Assembly: GCF_964204645.1 (NCBI RefSeq)
Contig: NC_134025.1
Coordinates: forward strand, 26,826,299-26,890,298
DNA length: 64,000 nt
Source: Tubulanus polymorphus
Lineage: Eukaryota > Animalia > Nemertea
Direction of reading: 5' to 3'
Below the pieces are notes generated by a model. That model had not been told where the DNA came from. It made no database searches and saw only the letters and a program-made list of their open reading frames with translations. Positions 49,401-64,000 of the stretch are shown here, one piece after another. The position numbers were made by a program, and so were the translations under genes. Each line of letters opens with the position of its first letter. Positions within the stretch are counted from its first letter, which is position 1.

Positions 49401-52400
49401 AAGATGCCAGACCACAAGCATGATCGGTCAAAAGCAATACAGTGTCACGTATATTTAGATATGATAAATTCAGTTATTCGCCAAATCGTGATTTATCATA
49501 TGAGACACGAGAAATGATCGCACCTGAAGGGAGTGTGTTAACGAGGAAGTACCCGGTGTCCTGCGTGGTTTGTGACGTCCACGCGATTGAGTTGATGTAA
49601 TTGTCAATTCCCCCTAATTAATGTCTATTTGAGGAAAGTTTTGCGCGGCGCGATGGGATTCGGATAGCCTGAATAGTTTCTGATTGTTTTATCGATCACG
49701 TCGACGACAATTTGATTGGTAACCACATATCTGGACAAGCTGCCAATCGGAAACCAACGGTAGACAATAGATCGCGCAGGAACGGCCACGCCCGATAATG
49801 ACTTGAGCTTCTCGATGAAACGAACATGAATCAGACACGAGATCAAGTATGATCACAACAATACGCCCTTCTCAGCTGCTGATGAATTTCATGTCTCATT
49901 TTTGAATATAGGTAAGGGTAAAATGTTTCGATTAAGCGTTTAATCGTTTTTGATGTATGGGCAAATCTATACAAACACTAAAGTGTATTTATTTTCTGTC
50001 TGGCAAAAATAAAGAATGTAAATGTCACAGATGAGATGAGTATTGTTCAATGTTTCTAATGTTTACTCGCATACGTCTGTCAACATAAAAACATCCCCAC
50101 CCCCGAGGTAACCCAACTCCCTGAGTGGGAAATAAGACAAACGTTGTGTCTATCTTTACGTATATCACCGTAGGCAATGGAGACACGAAAAATGGAAAGT
50201 TATCAAAACCCAGGACTCGTAAAATACCCCGAATCATTAAACAGTTAGGTAGTGCATGGTGCCTGAATTTGTGGTTTTTATAACTCAACACCAGAGTGAT
50301 CGTATTTTTCAGTCGAATTAGGTGATTGATTGCAACAAAAATAATTCGGTAGCAATAAGTCGCATGGGATCTGACCTTTTAGCAAAGAATCCACACGGAG
50401 AGCAGAATTGATTAATATACGATTTTTTATGCAACGAGAATCCATTTATTCGTGAACCAAAAAGCATGAATTCGGTTTTATTTAGTTTACTTGTCATTCA
50501 TTTCAAAAGAGGTTCTTTATTATAGTATTGTTAAATGGATATATTACATCGAGCTGCCTGAAAAATAAAAAAAATATCGGCTATCGCTCGCTCCGGAAAT
50601 ATCGAACTGGGCTTTGTGTTCGGTAGAACAGAAAATTGAGTCAAAGGTTTTTCAGACTGAACACTTTTTTCCGGTCCATTTACGGCACCATAGCTAGATA
50701 GGTCGTTGATCACGCTGATCCCTGGACACTAATACGAAATGTAGATCGATTGTCGAAGACTTGATAAATTGTACCACAACCAGAAACTACTCTCTCGGGA
50801 CAACTTTTCGCTGATTACGCATCTTTAGTATCACCCATGAGGGGAAGAATCCTAAAAACTGTCACCAACTTAATGCAAGTAATTGGATTTTGGCGAACAA
50901 AATTGAGTAAGGGCTTTTCTAATGTCGGGATAACCTCGGCCTGTGTTCACTCTGATTGCTCGAAGGATATTGTTCTCACTGTATTCAACTGACATTCTGT
51001 CAAGGAACAGTATTTACCGGTGACATTTACGGTGTACGGAGGTGTTTCTAGAACGACCAGTCACCAGACCCAGAGGGTAGCTCGATACTTTCGTCCTTGT
51101 AGCACCGTTTACAATGTCTGTATAAACTGAGATGCAACTCCAGCAACCCTCCCTATCTAGCATTTAGGCATTATCCTGCTTGAATCCGAGGGGATAAGAA
51201 TTTAGAGAACTATGACGGATGTTTCGATATGATCTTGTACATAGTCCCTATGGTCATGATGTAAATCACGACATATTTCAACCACGGCTATATAGCAAAC
51301 TGGGCGAAGTTATTACCATATTTTCAGTAAGAGAAAATATAATCACCGGTTGCTCAATGCGCCAGGGAAGTGAAATTGAGTGGTGCTTGACAATGATGAC
51401 ATTCTATAGTCTTTGCGGAGTCTTGATCAGCGTAGAAACGATGAAGATTGCAGAATTCAATTCAATCATGATCCGTGTGACATTTACCGCCTACAACTCA
51501 AAACGCGCTTAATCTTCTTGAATCTTTTGATCCGGTATATTCTATATTTTCCCATCCTATACATACAGTAATTAGACTTCACTTGATTCTATCAGGTTTT
51601 ATGTGTACGCCTGATGACGGTGGCTGTGGGCGTATTAATTTGACAATCAGATTATCATCCCGCATGACTGTTTATTAGAAACAAAGCTTAAATCTGTTTT
51701 AGCTTTAAAAATACTGATACACATCAACTAATTTTGACTCCTGAGGCCATTCCCATAGTAACGAGTTGAAATTTCATTTACAATATATCATACAACCCTT
51801 ATTTCAAATTCTAACCAACAACTGAGGATATGAATCTGGTTCAAACAGGTTCATAATAACGACTGAGCAACCGATATTTACTAGACATTCTTGACTTGCT
51901 GTATGACGATCCTATAGACCGCAAGACAAACTTATTCATAAATTCCCGAAACGTTCCATCGGCGGAATATTTTATCAAACGTGTCGATTATGTGATACGT
52001 CGGTGTGCGATCGTTCGTAATTTTCCGATAATATTAGAAATCGGTCACGTAGAACATATCCATCGTGATGTGTACAATAATTGACAATTTCCGACATGGA
52101 AAGTGTTCTCTTGTTACACAGCAAAATACGCCCAAATGAACAGTTGAATATTCACTCGTTGTGCCTTTTTGGTCAGTAGACTAGACGGTATAGCTGGCTA
52201 AACAGCAGAATATCGGGAAGAGATTTAGATAATCCGAGCAGAAACTATCTTAATTCGTGGTACAAGATAGCTGCTTAACATCTGCAGCGCTATACTGGAA
52301 ATATCGCACAATCATAAAACCGTTAACTAGTGACCATTCAAGAGATCAAAATCTATCTTCATCAATCAAGGCTGTAGTACTAACGTTTAAAGTAAAACTA

Positions 52401-55400
52401 AGAACCGTATTACGTGAATATAAGTGAATAATGCATACATAAGTATGTGCGTAACGTATTTTTCTGGATGGTTTTACGTAAACCAACTCTCAGTAGCCAT
52501 CGTCAATTGCATTACCAGTTCTATGGTCGTATCCCACGAGAGTGCGGAAAACCGCAAGTAAATTCGCGAAATTAAAAAGTTGATTACGGAAACGAAGCTT
52601 AGAAGAGAGCTATATGCGAGTGTGTGAAACATTGCAATGAATATGAAATCAACGCTCCGTATCTTATGAAAAATTCACACAAATAGCTTTTTATAACCAC
52701 GGTGTATCAGGCATTTGCTTATTGTTCGCATTCATTTTGTTCGATTATATTTGACAGCTTAGCTGTCAGTGACGCAAAAATCGCATTCTACGTGCCCATG
52801 GAATCTATGGCATGCTTTGCCATCACTCCGGGATGTCCGGTCGCGCTCTATTATTGGTCACGTGATCTTCTGGAGACTCTAAAACGATTAGTTTGGATTT
52901 GTTCATCTCGATATTTCAACTTCAGAATCAAATTTTATCTAGATGAGCCCAGTTGGAGATTTCGGAGGCACCACGCCCTAGTCGAACAAAAATCACGCCC
53001 AATCAAGAAAAAATACAGAATAGAAAAAGCGTTAAATCCTTTTGATATGTCGACATTAGTTGCGACACGCCGAGCTAAAAGGCGCCTAGCAATTGATTGA
53101 CCGACGCTTATTTCAGAAATCTTTGACATTTAGGTGAAAATTAAACCCGCGGTGTTTATCGATATGCAAATATGGCAATCGAACGATGAGAATGAGTAAA
53201 GATGTTTTGAATTGTTCCCGCATTCCGCGGCATGTACCTCGTTTACTATACGACGACATTACGCGATTCTGTGGCTCCGGTGACTTTATCGTGTTAACGT
53301 TGCACGGTTAAATGAATAAAGACGCTCGAATTCAGAACAATTCATCATCATCAGCTTAAATTTCAATAAAGCTAATAACATCGGTCGTTGCCGGATTGAT
53401 TGAAAATTAATCATTACGTCGCATGTTTATTGCGGAAGCATGTGCGCTTGTGCGCTTTCCAAACGACGTCAAAGATAAAAAGTCGACGATATTCTCGTTA
53501 CTGGGTCACTGGGCCGTAACTCAATAAGTCATGTACTATATTTCGTGCTTTCTGTTAATAGTTAATTGATAACTACTAGGGCTATGTGTGCACGGCAATT
53601 TTCTTACAAGGTCGGTGGCCAGCATCACCATTAACCCCCTCTAAGTAACAATAATATTTTATGCCCTCGTATCCGGTACGTACATGGACTAGGAAACCTT
53701 GTTCCGGCTGAGACCGTGTTACTTTTGTTTCAATGTTTTGCGTGACTTGGAATGACGATCAGAAAATCATGACAGTGATTACTGCGACTTAATGGGACAA
53801 AGATAGACATTAATTAGGCGATTTACTGCTCTGAAGACATGGAACAACCATTTCGCTATCAGTTCGAGGGTATTTTATCACTAGATCACACTAGTTAAAA
53901 CACCAGGCTCCCTTAATGTTGACAATCTGATGCGATCGAACAGCGGATGATCGCCGAGTTTATTATTTGAACCCCTCAACGCAACGCTGTTATGTCTATA
54001 GTTTTCTGAGAGTAAATTGGACTAAATCGATGTAACAGGGTGCTCTGATCACAAAATGAAAAAGTGGCAAATTGAGAGAGAGCGTGCGTTAACCGATTGA
54101 ATACAATATGAAATGAAATATCAGGTGTATATCAAGTTTAATAATGCACTATATTTCAAGGTCCATCAGGTGAGTGTAAGGATCGGCAGTCTAGAGAATA
54201 TTGAACATCGTAGAAATTATAACCACTAAAAAGCTCGAAAATGCAAGTGTGAACTAAGTATACCAATCTACAAAGTGTCACAGGTTGTAGGCGAAAGCTA
54301 TTCGTACTGTTTTGTTATTCAATCGGGGTCCTGCGATCTCACAGTAATTCACGGCGTTGATGGCTGTCTTATGTAAATCCTACAAGATATTTTACTGTTC
54401 TCACCTGAATCTGAAATGAGCTTTTTACGACTTCCCTCATTTCTCGCACCGTCTCCACTCGTTCTCACGCCGTTTCGTGTGATGTCACGATGTTCAATTC
54501 AGGATGACGTGCGATGAAAATACGGTGACATTTACTACCGGCGCTTGGAAACTAGAATGTTTCTCAAAGGTGCGAATGTAATTTTTAATCATCTACGTAG
54601 AGGGTATTTGTTTAAGCTTTATTGATAATGCTTTTTTTCAAATATCGTATTCATATCACGAAGTTCCGGATCGATGACGCGTCCTTGCAATAAAATAATC
54701 ATTGATCTCAAGGTCTCAACCGCGTGACAATTTATTAAAGTGAAGTGACGCGTGTCACGCGTTTCGTGCGAAACTGCCTATGATTTTATCAATTCCGTGC
54801 AAATTCTGAAATTGGATACGAAACATGATCGATGCTGCTAGTAATTTTTCAGTTCGTCGTCAGAACTATAGGCGGAGCGGGGCTCATCGTGTCTGGTACG
54901 ATATAGTTGATGAGTCTTTAGATTATTGAGCGCACCCCCGACAAGATCGAGTTCATCGAGTAACCAAATATTCAAGACGTAAAAAATGTAGAGATAATTT
55001 TTCAATTTGTAACCTGTCAACTGTGTTCTACAAGGAAACGCGATTGGATTTCCAGTTAGGATGTTCGTACGGATGGCCAATCGCGTACTATCATCAATCA
55101 TTATTGTGAATTTTGTCTCCAGGTCAGTGAGACAATAATTCCACCAACAATGGTAACATTTTTCGGGATCAGGACATATTATTTTCGATTCTCAAGGTTT
55201 GATGAGTTCATGTTTCACGCACGTGCTATTATTAGAAATATCCGCCAGCGCGTGAAAACCTATACCCCAACCAATTCATCTTCTTAGATTTTTTAAAGGT
55301 CATGATCGCGAAGCAATTCCATTTTTACTTTTCATTATCCACTGCTGTCACGCCTGATGATCGATTCACAAGAAACAAGGCGGGATTAATGTGAACATTT

Positions 55401-58400
55401 GTTGTGGGTGTTTGTGGTCGACAAGCAAAGAAATTACATAATCCTGTTCCATTAACGATCAGCCGATGTAGATTCAGGAAACAGATTAGAAGAAATGCCC
55501 GAACGACTTAAAATAACCGTCATTTTCGCATTATTTTCTCACGGTTGATGGCCGTCGACCGTTTCGTGAATTAATTCGTTGTCGCTTTTACAATAAGTCT
55601 CATTTATTTGAATTAGGTTGAAGCCGTATTCAGCACGTTTCGAGCGCTCGCATTTTCTGATATAAGCAATGAACCATGGATGATCAAAACCTCATTTCAT
55701 TAGTGAAATTTGAGATGCCGCGACTGCTACAACGGTATTCGGTCCAGTTGAATACGCTGATGTTATCCGAAAAAGTTGAGCGAAGACTTTAAGGGTCAAC
55801 GTGTTTTTTTCTGATATGAGTGATAAACCACGTTGGCCTGAATGCTGTTATCACTAAAGGTCTTCACGTGAATGACTGGAGATGTTCGTGCTCCGACTGT
55901 CAAACTCCCATAGGGGTAATAGCTCGCCTTTTATCGAAGTTGCAGTCGGAGTGCGATTAGGCATTTGTCCAGTTGAGGTGTTTTACATAACGTGTCGGCC
56001 ACGATTAACGCTAACGCGTTTCTGCATATCGTGCTGGGAATTCTTTAATTAAAGTTGAATAAATCAACATCTGTAATGTGAAAGATTATGTAGTAATCAT
56101 CAAATGTACTGTTCCCTGTGCTCCTTTGCTCTTAAATTGACTCCCTATAGTTGAAAGCACATCATTTTTACAACACTTTTGGGAATCGGTTGCATTGCCT
56201 TTTGAAAGGCATTTCAATGCATTCACCATAAAATTTCGTTTTCAAAGGTGATTGAAAAATATCTCCTTTCCGTCGTGGCTTTCAGGTGAGCGAATCGTTA
56301 TGGCGTTATTTAAAATGAATGGGAGCTCATTGAAAGTACTAGTAAATCTAAATTTGAAACAAATCTAATGTAGGTTTTGTTATGAACTTTAAGCCTATAC
56401 GGACTACTTCAAAAACATTATGCGTTCACAAATGAAGTTCCGCTTAATTTCTAAAAGCCATTTTTCTTTGAGGCATTTTTCTTGATACGTGTCAAAAGAC
56501 ACATAAGTTTATCTTCACTATGGTTATCTATAACACCCCTAAATCAACTTCAAATCTTAATCCCATGGATCCTTGCGCACTGTACCGATAAATACGATTG
56601 CCACAACTGAGATGTTCAAGAGGAACGGAGTTGCTTTTTGAGCGGAATATCTTAACTGAGATAAAGTCCTGTATCATATACGGGACTCAGTAATATCCCT
56701 GATCTGTGAAAGTTCGCCTTTTTGATCCGAATAAGCCTTTATTTCAGCTCGCGTATGACCGTAAACCAGAGAAAACTTCATGAGTTTCTGTGATAACAAC
56801 TCGGCTCACTTGTCAATCAGAGACAGCCTATCGATTGGCTCATGCTTCAAGTTTCTCATACAGCTGCTGAATGATTCATTAAATGTCATATATATTGGAC
56901 ATTACCTGCTTGCCTGATCCGTAACTGATACACATCGATCACCACCTGATGAATCTAGTTATTTTCAAGCTGAGCAATCACAATTTTATGATTCATATAT
57001 ATCGGAAAGAAATCTCACTGTCACTCATGACATACCATTTTGTAACTATTCTGGCATACTGAAAACTTGCCTCTGAACATTTGTTTCCAGTAAGTCTGCT
57101 AGGCCTATTTGTGTTCGTGAACTGTGATTTCGAAAATTAAAGGTACAACAAACCTTCAGCACCATCCAGATGACCCTTCAGTAATTGTTATTGGAGGTAT
57201 CTAACGTAGGTGAGAGGCAACGTCATTTCTTTCATCATCTCTGTTACTAACGACCTCATCCCTGAACAATAGCCTTTATAATTACCTTTTCATTAGATGC
57301 AATCATTTTTGGCTTTCGAAGCGGAGACTCGGATCTTAGAGATAATGCTTCTACTTACTTAACGACGGAACCAAAAAGATCTTCACGTCCACAAAATTGG
57401 TATTGGTCATTTCTGAACGCACCATCAACTTCCTCATTCCCGAAGCGCGTTCGGGTGAAAATGATGAAGCCATTCGACGACTACTTGACGTTCAAGGGTC
57501 AAAGAAGGTTTATGGGCAAATAATGGTTCGTAACTCTGAGGCTTATAGCGTCACGAAAATGCATGTTGCCTTTAAAGAAAACAATGGCTGAAATTTAGCG
57601 ATCATTCGAAAGCGGAAAATCATTGTGGTGAATTATTTCTTAAGGACGGTGTGTGAATTGAGAAAACCTGCTCAGTGGCAATAGATTAGAAAACACGTTA
57701 AGTAACACCGACTCGTATTCCTTCTAATCATGAAAAGTATCTTGCATAATTCTTACGTATCCGGGCTCCGTTTCTTGACGGTGGTTATAATAACCTTGGA
57801 GAATAGCTTAGTGATTGATTTAACAGTTTGGCTGTATCGGTTGGTTATAAATAATTCAGTCTCAACAAACCTCTTGCAAGTGGATGTTAGATCGAATTTC
57901 AGGTGTTGGCATAAGCAGAATCTATCAGATTTACTTGCATTCGTTCAGCGACCCTTTATCGGATAAAATGTACATATATGCATATCGAATGTAGAGTCAA
58001 CTTGGCTAAATGGCTCGCTTAGTAGCTCAATAGTTTCTTCGATAAAATCGCCTCTAATTTCCGATGCATTTGTAAAAGTTCTACTGTATTGATGTTTATC
58101 TTCGTGAGAATTTCGTAGCTTTGACGCAGTTTATACGGTTTTCAAAGATTCTCGCTAAATCGATGGTGGATTTTTCAGTCACGCTTGAGGAATAAGTGGA
58201 ATTCCGTATCTATATGTCAGGAATTCTGTCTGATTGATTGAGCGGTGGTTGGCTTACGGTGCCGTCATTTTTGATTATTGCAACATACGTGTTCGACTGT
58301 ATTCAAGTTATTCTATTTGACTGAACTGCTATTTGTAGAACGCACAAGATATATAATGTATTACAAGTTTGCTCTAAATCATTCGCAAAAAGGTTAAAAG

Positions 58401-61400
58401 GCCTATTTATAAGGGTATCTATAAATTGTGTAAATTTGATACATTTTCCAAGTATCCATATTTCGAAGAATTGAATGCAATCCCAGAAACTAATACCAAA
58501 AGCGCGAAATGAAAAGAATATGAAGTATCCAAACAGATGCATTTTCTGATCCCACTTAATTGTAAAAAATGTAGACGCCAGATCGAGTTGTCGGACAGAA
58601 TAATTTTCTGACGTTGACAGCAGTAGAGTAGAAGCAGTTAGACATATCTAGCTGCAGAGATCATCATTCATCAAATTAACATCTGTCAACATTAGAAAGA
58701 AAACATGAACGTTCAGGATTGATGTCGTCTTGATGAGCGTTTAGTTTGTAATATCATATATTTTGTCGTGTAAAACTTTTATTAGTTTTAGGGATTAGAT
58801 TTCGACCTTGGCTAACTTTAGACCGAAGGCTCCGTTACTCCACGCTGTTTTGCGTAAGTTAAAGTAAGGGGTCAGTTTAGGATTAATTACTGCGCTCATG
58901 TTAGCTCAAGCTTTTCGGACATTCGCTTCCAACCAAAGGTCTAATCAGACTAACGTTTTGCCGCAACTGATGCCAAATTAACAGAATTGCGCCGTGGGTT
59001 TATTAACATGCCTGGAACACCTGGCTTTCCTTCTATATCCCCTAGTTTCAACAGCTTAAATCGTGTTTGTACGCGAGCTACGAGTAAATTAATTAAAACA
59101 TTTTGCCAACGAAGCAGATAAGCATGCTCTCAAATAGAACTGCAATCCTGTTACTATATCCATGCTATATAACATACATGCACCTTATTTCGTATGATTT
59201 GGCAAAAATACGGAGATACAAATTGATAATGATTTCTGAGTTCGTCATGAAGACGCTGTGTGTAGTAAACACGAAGAGTCCACATAATTTGATATTGGCA
59301 AACAATCTTTTTATGAATAAAAGTATTCTTGCCATCAATTACGGCCCAGTGACATAAAAATGGGTAAACAACCAGGAAATTAATCGAAAAGTCATTGAAT
59401 CGAGGCTATTTTCTGAACGAGGCAACGGCAATCGCCATCACGATACAATATTCATAATTAAACTTGAGCAACATTGTCGAGCTTTCTCCAAAGAGGATAT
59501 AAATTGAATTTTCGTGTCGACTACTTCACTCGCATTTAGCAAGGCAATGCCATCAGAAAGCTTTAGTTGTAGTTTTCATCGGTGAACAGTTTCCTGGTAC
59601 AGGATATATTCGGCACGTACTGAGGTGAAACACCGCCTTTCCAGATACCAGAAACAAATTCATTTTAATCCAATGTCGCAGATTCAGAATAATGCGCATC
59701 ATCATATAGCTGTTCGTACATAAGTGTAATACGTACGGTAAGATGCGGAACATGTTCAATTTGTCAATGTAAGCATGTAGCTACAGTCTGACTTACTTCT
59801 GTAATTCAACATTTCTAGCCTGATTTAAAGATGCGTGTATAGTCAGGTACGTATAATCTACCCAACATTGCATAACAGATGATTTATATGCGATAACTAT
59901 GGTATAAATATTGATAATGTATGCCATTGTTCTGGTGTACATCAGCATATACATATAAATGTTGTATGTTACTTCTTACAAACAGCGAAATAAGTTTTTT
60001 GCTTATCCGACAAGTTCTAGTAACAGCACTGTTCCAAGGTCGAAGACTAAAACCTACCGATGCTGCTTTATAATCATGTCTTTAGCCCGATGAAAAATCT
60101 TTGTGTCAAAAAGCTTTTCTCTTTTCTCCTTTCGTCTGTCTCTTTGATACGATTTTCATATACATATATAGACCACGCTATCAGATCGTTCATCCAATCA
60201 AACATTCTTATCACGAATCACGACATCTGAAGCATTTTCTTCAATTGGATTGCTGTTAATCTTGAAAAGAAACTTAATAACATACCGTCACTGGAAAGCT
60301 GAGTATTCGGTATTTAATCATCCTAACACGATAGAATAAAGACGAACGAACATGAAAGGCTTTCTCCGATCCTATCGGGTATAGTCGGGCGAACAAGTTA
60401 ATTTCGTAATATAGCGTTTAGAGTCAAATGTCACATATTGCAATTATTCACGATAGTTAAAATGGAAATTTTATGTACGTGTCTCATCGACAGTTAAAGT
60501 GAATGATAGCGAATGCGCGTGTGTGGTGATGCGACGATTCATTGTGTGTTTAAACAGTCGCTGCTTTACTGCCGTTTTCAGTGATACGGCAAGAAATATC
60601 ATATCGTAAACGTTATGTGTTGATTTATTGAAGAGCAAAACCGCAAAGGCGACGTTATTGCCGCCGAAACTAATCCATCAGAAAATCGCCAAGTCGGATG
60701 GACAGAAGGAAATCGACTATCATTCATCAGGTTTGGGTGCAGATCAGTTGGCCGCTAGCTGTAATAGTGTGGCAAAAATGAATGAGCTATGGTAATTATG
60801 TCAACGACGTTTATGCCGGGGCCATTAGCGGTGAATAAACGGCAAAAATGACTTTAAAAAAGGACGAGAGACTCTCATCATTGATAAATACTGGATATAT
60901 GCCTTGTAACGAGAACCTATTTTGTCTGACACCACATATATCGTTGAGTTGGAATGAATTCTTGAGCCACTTTTATAAATTGAAACGTTTCTTCCTTCGC
61001 AATGGAGATGGTTCATTCTGTTTTATCATGCCATACTTCACCAAACGAAGAAATTCTTTATTCGAGTAGAGCATTGTTCCATTAGTTTGTAATCGGATAC
61101 CCGAGATGTCTCACTATAACATTACACAACTGTAACTAATAGGATGATGTCCTTTTTGTACTGTTGTTTTCGTCGGGGGAAATCATTGTAATATGTAGAA
61201 ATGAGTGAGGATTCTCGGCATTGCAACAGTATCGATAGATTATCAAGGAGCAATAGCGCCGTTACGAACACACAAATTGCCGATGTCGAGAACTTCGATG
61301 GTTTGAGAGCTAATTAGATGAGAACGAATGAAAACAAAAAGGCTTTTCATCTTAGTAGACATTTTACTTTCCTCTTCGTATCTTGTACGATTATTCATTT

Positions 61401-63275
61401 ATGTGGATCTTAATTTCCGGTCGTGTTGAAAGCGACTCGACACAAATGTTGCAATTAGTTTTTCTGGGAATTATGCAGGGAGGGGGTAATGAAATGGTTT
61501 TTAGAACGAAGCACTGTAATCAGATAATTGAATAAATTCGAAAACAACGGGGGAACTGCTGTCCCGTTAGATGAATTATCAGCATACCCTTCAAAATCCT
61601 ATTTACCTCATCGGGAATTAATTTGTAAATCGTCTAGTATTCTATCTTGCCATTTATAAAAGATTTTGGTGATAGGTATTGATTTTGTACAAAATGAATT
61701 ATGAAATCAGCAAGATACAAATCTATCTTACTTTCTGTTTGTTCCCTGCAGTGGTCTTTAATAGTTTTCTCGGAAAATATTTTCAAAAACCCGTTTCTTG
61801 GGCATGTTGGTTCTTTCGTGCGATGTTATCGTCACTTTCATTGAAATGCCACAACAGTGTGGTAGAAAGCCATTACGGCGTTTTGAATTTGAGACACCGA
61901 GGTGGGCGAAATCTGTTAGTTAAATGCATCGACACAAGTTTGCATGTACTGTGACCATAGTTACAAGTTATTAGATTGAATGGATATTCATCAAAATTTC
62001 CGGTTCGAAATAGGTGTTAGCGCGTAAACCCAATGGAGTTTATCGAGTATGTGCACAATCCGCTTATGAATGCATTCACGGTATAATTATCTTTATATGC
62101 CCTAAAAATGCCATTAACTTTACTTAATCTCAATCCATCCTAATCGATACGTTGAATCGTGTTACAATTAGGATTTATTAGTCCGTAAATTTCTTGAAGC
62201 AAATACAAAAATGCATTATTCCCATGAAAGTCAAAATTTCTATAACACGTGCATTCTTGATATACCTACACTACCTATTACACCACCTACTCTTTTTAAA
62301 ACCTGATCATCAGGCTGTAAACGAGTATACTATATCGAATAAGCGAGGTCGCATTCTCGTTATTATAAAAACATTTCGATGCGTATCTTTTTTGCTTGCA
62401 TCATGTGTACGTGGGTATATCGACGCAACGAAGGAAGAATAGCATTATGAGGTAGCGTTACCGAGTCAGAAAATGTGCTGCTAAGGTGAAATAATGTTGA
62501 AATGAATCGCTACTATTTCAAGATACATAAATAAATTGACAATAAAACGTATTTTCCGAGCGAACGAAATGAGAATTACCACTACACAAGCCGTCGTATT
62601 GGAACAATATTTCAAAGAGGTATAAACAGCGTTGAAAATAAACTATTAATAGATTTTGGTTCTTCATTAATTCTAGATTATCTAACTAGTTCCAGATAAG
62701 ACTTGGTATTTGCGCTATCATTAACCTTTGCTGTAGGCGGCAATTACTACTCAGACAGCACTTCAAAGACATCACGTATAAGTCGTAAAACCCGTGTATC
62801 ACGTCGAAATGGCGACCGATACCCTAACGTCCGGTACTTAAACCTGTTTGCGTATTTATGTCCAAGGGTGAGAGGTGAACGCAGCCATTAGTATCGGGGA
62901 CTAGACATATTAAGGCCAGAGTAATATAATAAATCCGTGGATGAAGAGATGTCAGTTTCGAAGATGAAATCAATAGAAATCTTATTCATTTATCATTCAA
63001 GAGTCTACGAACTGACTTCTACTGACTTCCATTTCTGGTAATAGATAGAGGACCAAGAATCATTATCTGGTTTCCTGTATAATATTAATTGAGGTTTCAT
63101 CTGCCCTCGAATTTCTATTGATTGTTGTCTAATCATCTCAAATTTAAGTCACAGTGATGTCTCTTCATCGTGGTGTTTCATTACGAAGTGACGTCACACT
63201 GGCTAATATTGCACATAGAAAATAGTGGAGACGAATGAGTTAATTTTTTTCGTGGTGACGATTCCGTCTATTTTG

Positions 63276-63656
63276 CAGGGGCAGATACAAGGTGAGGGAC
63301 CTGTTTTATACAAACTATTCCTTAGTTTCTACAGACCCCTCCAGGTCTAATTTACTGTATTTTGTATTACGCTTTGTACACTATGCTGTAAATCATCTTT
63401 GAAAAATAAAGTGTTCAAAGTTCAAAGGGGGTGTATACCCCCTAAAATGTCAAGTTGCCCTGAAATTTGACGGGAAAATGAAATATCAAACTGAGCCTAA
63501 AAAGCTTAAATTCATAAGCTTGTTTTTCTGTATTTCTAAAAAAAAATGAGTTCATGTTTTCCGATGACCTTTCTTTTAGAGTGTCCTTTTAATTAGTATG
63601 ATATGCTCTATTTTGGAGGTGCATCCCTCCTTGAATCAGACCCTAGGTCCGCCCTT
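63276..63656. mobile_element. Degenerate hAT-like non-autonomous DNA transposon (CAGGGGCGGATCC-type termini)
   Basis: Left end CAGGGGCAGATACAAGG; right end CCTTGAATCAGACCCTAGGTCCGCCCTT has imperfect reverse complements of it; GC-rich termini in an AT-rich context; no clear TSD. Confidence 0.45.
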
Positions 63657-64000
63657 ACTTTGTCGTATTGTCAGACAAACCGCCATTGCATCGTTGTCAA
63701 TATTGCATGGCCATGAAACGGTGTAAAGCACTAAAAAGTGTACCGATTCCATTAACTAAAGCTCAAATGAATAACGAATTCCATATCGTCGTTTCAATTG
63801 AATGAATGCCTGCAACGCATAGTGTTATTAACGACCAAATGCCGTTGTGATAATTTTGGTAAACATAGAGCCGCTATGCGGGCAAATATTAGAGAACTTT
63901 ATTGGATGAAATCTTCCTGCTCGAAGTTAATTTACGTTTTGTTTGCAGAAATCCAGAAAATCCACTGTTGCCTAGAGCGGAAGTAACGTTGTTTTCAATG

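Noticed and set aside
46645-63986. Scattered 60-130 aa ORFs (e.g. 52702-53100, 47862-48188)
   Set aside because: Many have non-ATG starts, none has recognisable domains or an exon chain; consistent with intronic or regulatory DNA.

Overview
AT-rich eukaryotic (invertebrate, probably lophotrochozoan; inference) genomic DNA with many short GT-AG introns. Exons were stitched by hand, so boundaries are predictions. 1-15 kb is a dense housekeeping block: RPGR (-, truncated) head-to-head with a multi-cNMP-domain gene (+) whose last intron carries an antisense OXLD1 exon, then MRPS35 (-), an SDR16C-type dehydrogenase (+) and an intronless class A GPCR (-). 16-23.6 kb holds two convergent coiled-coil (CCDC190-like) genes. 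23.7-35 kb is a cluster of secreted or surface genes: two divergent Ly6/three-finger genes, a vWC-like protein with a GPQGK/GPQGN tail, two aerolysin/ETX-MTX2-type pore-former paralogues with an unfamiliar duplicated 8-Cys N-terminal module, and a SEA-EGF transmembrane mucin. 37-46.5 kb (5' region probably reaching far into 46.5-64 kb) is a Cys-less pentameric ligand-gated ion channel. It shows duplicated 150-nt loop-C exons (one with a GC donor), several alternative last exons, a 25-bp long-range RNA duplex, and features suggesting inverted (cytosolic ligand-binding domain) topology. No rRNA, tRNA or CRISPR array was recognised.
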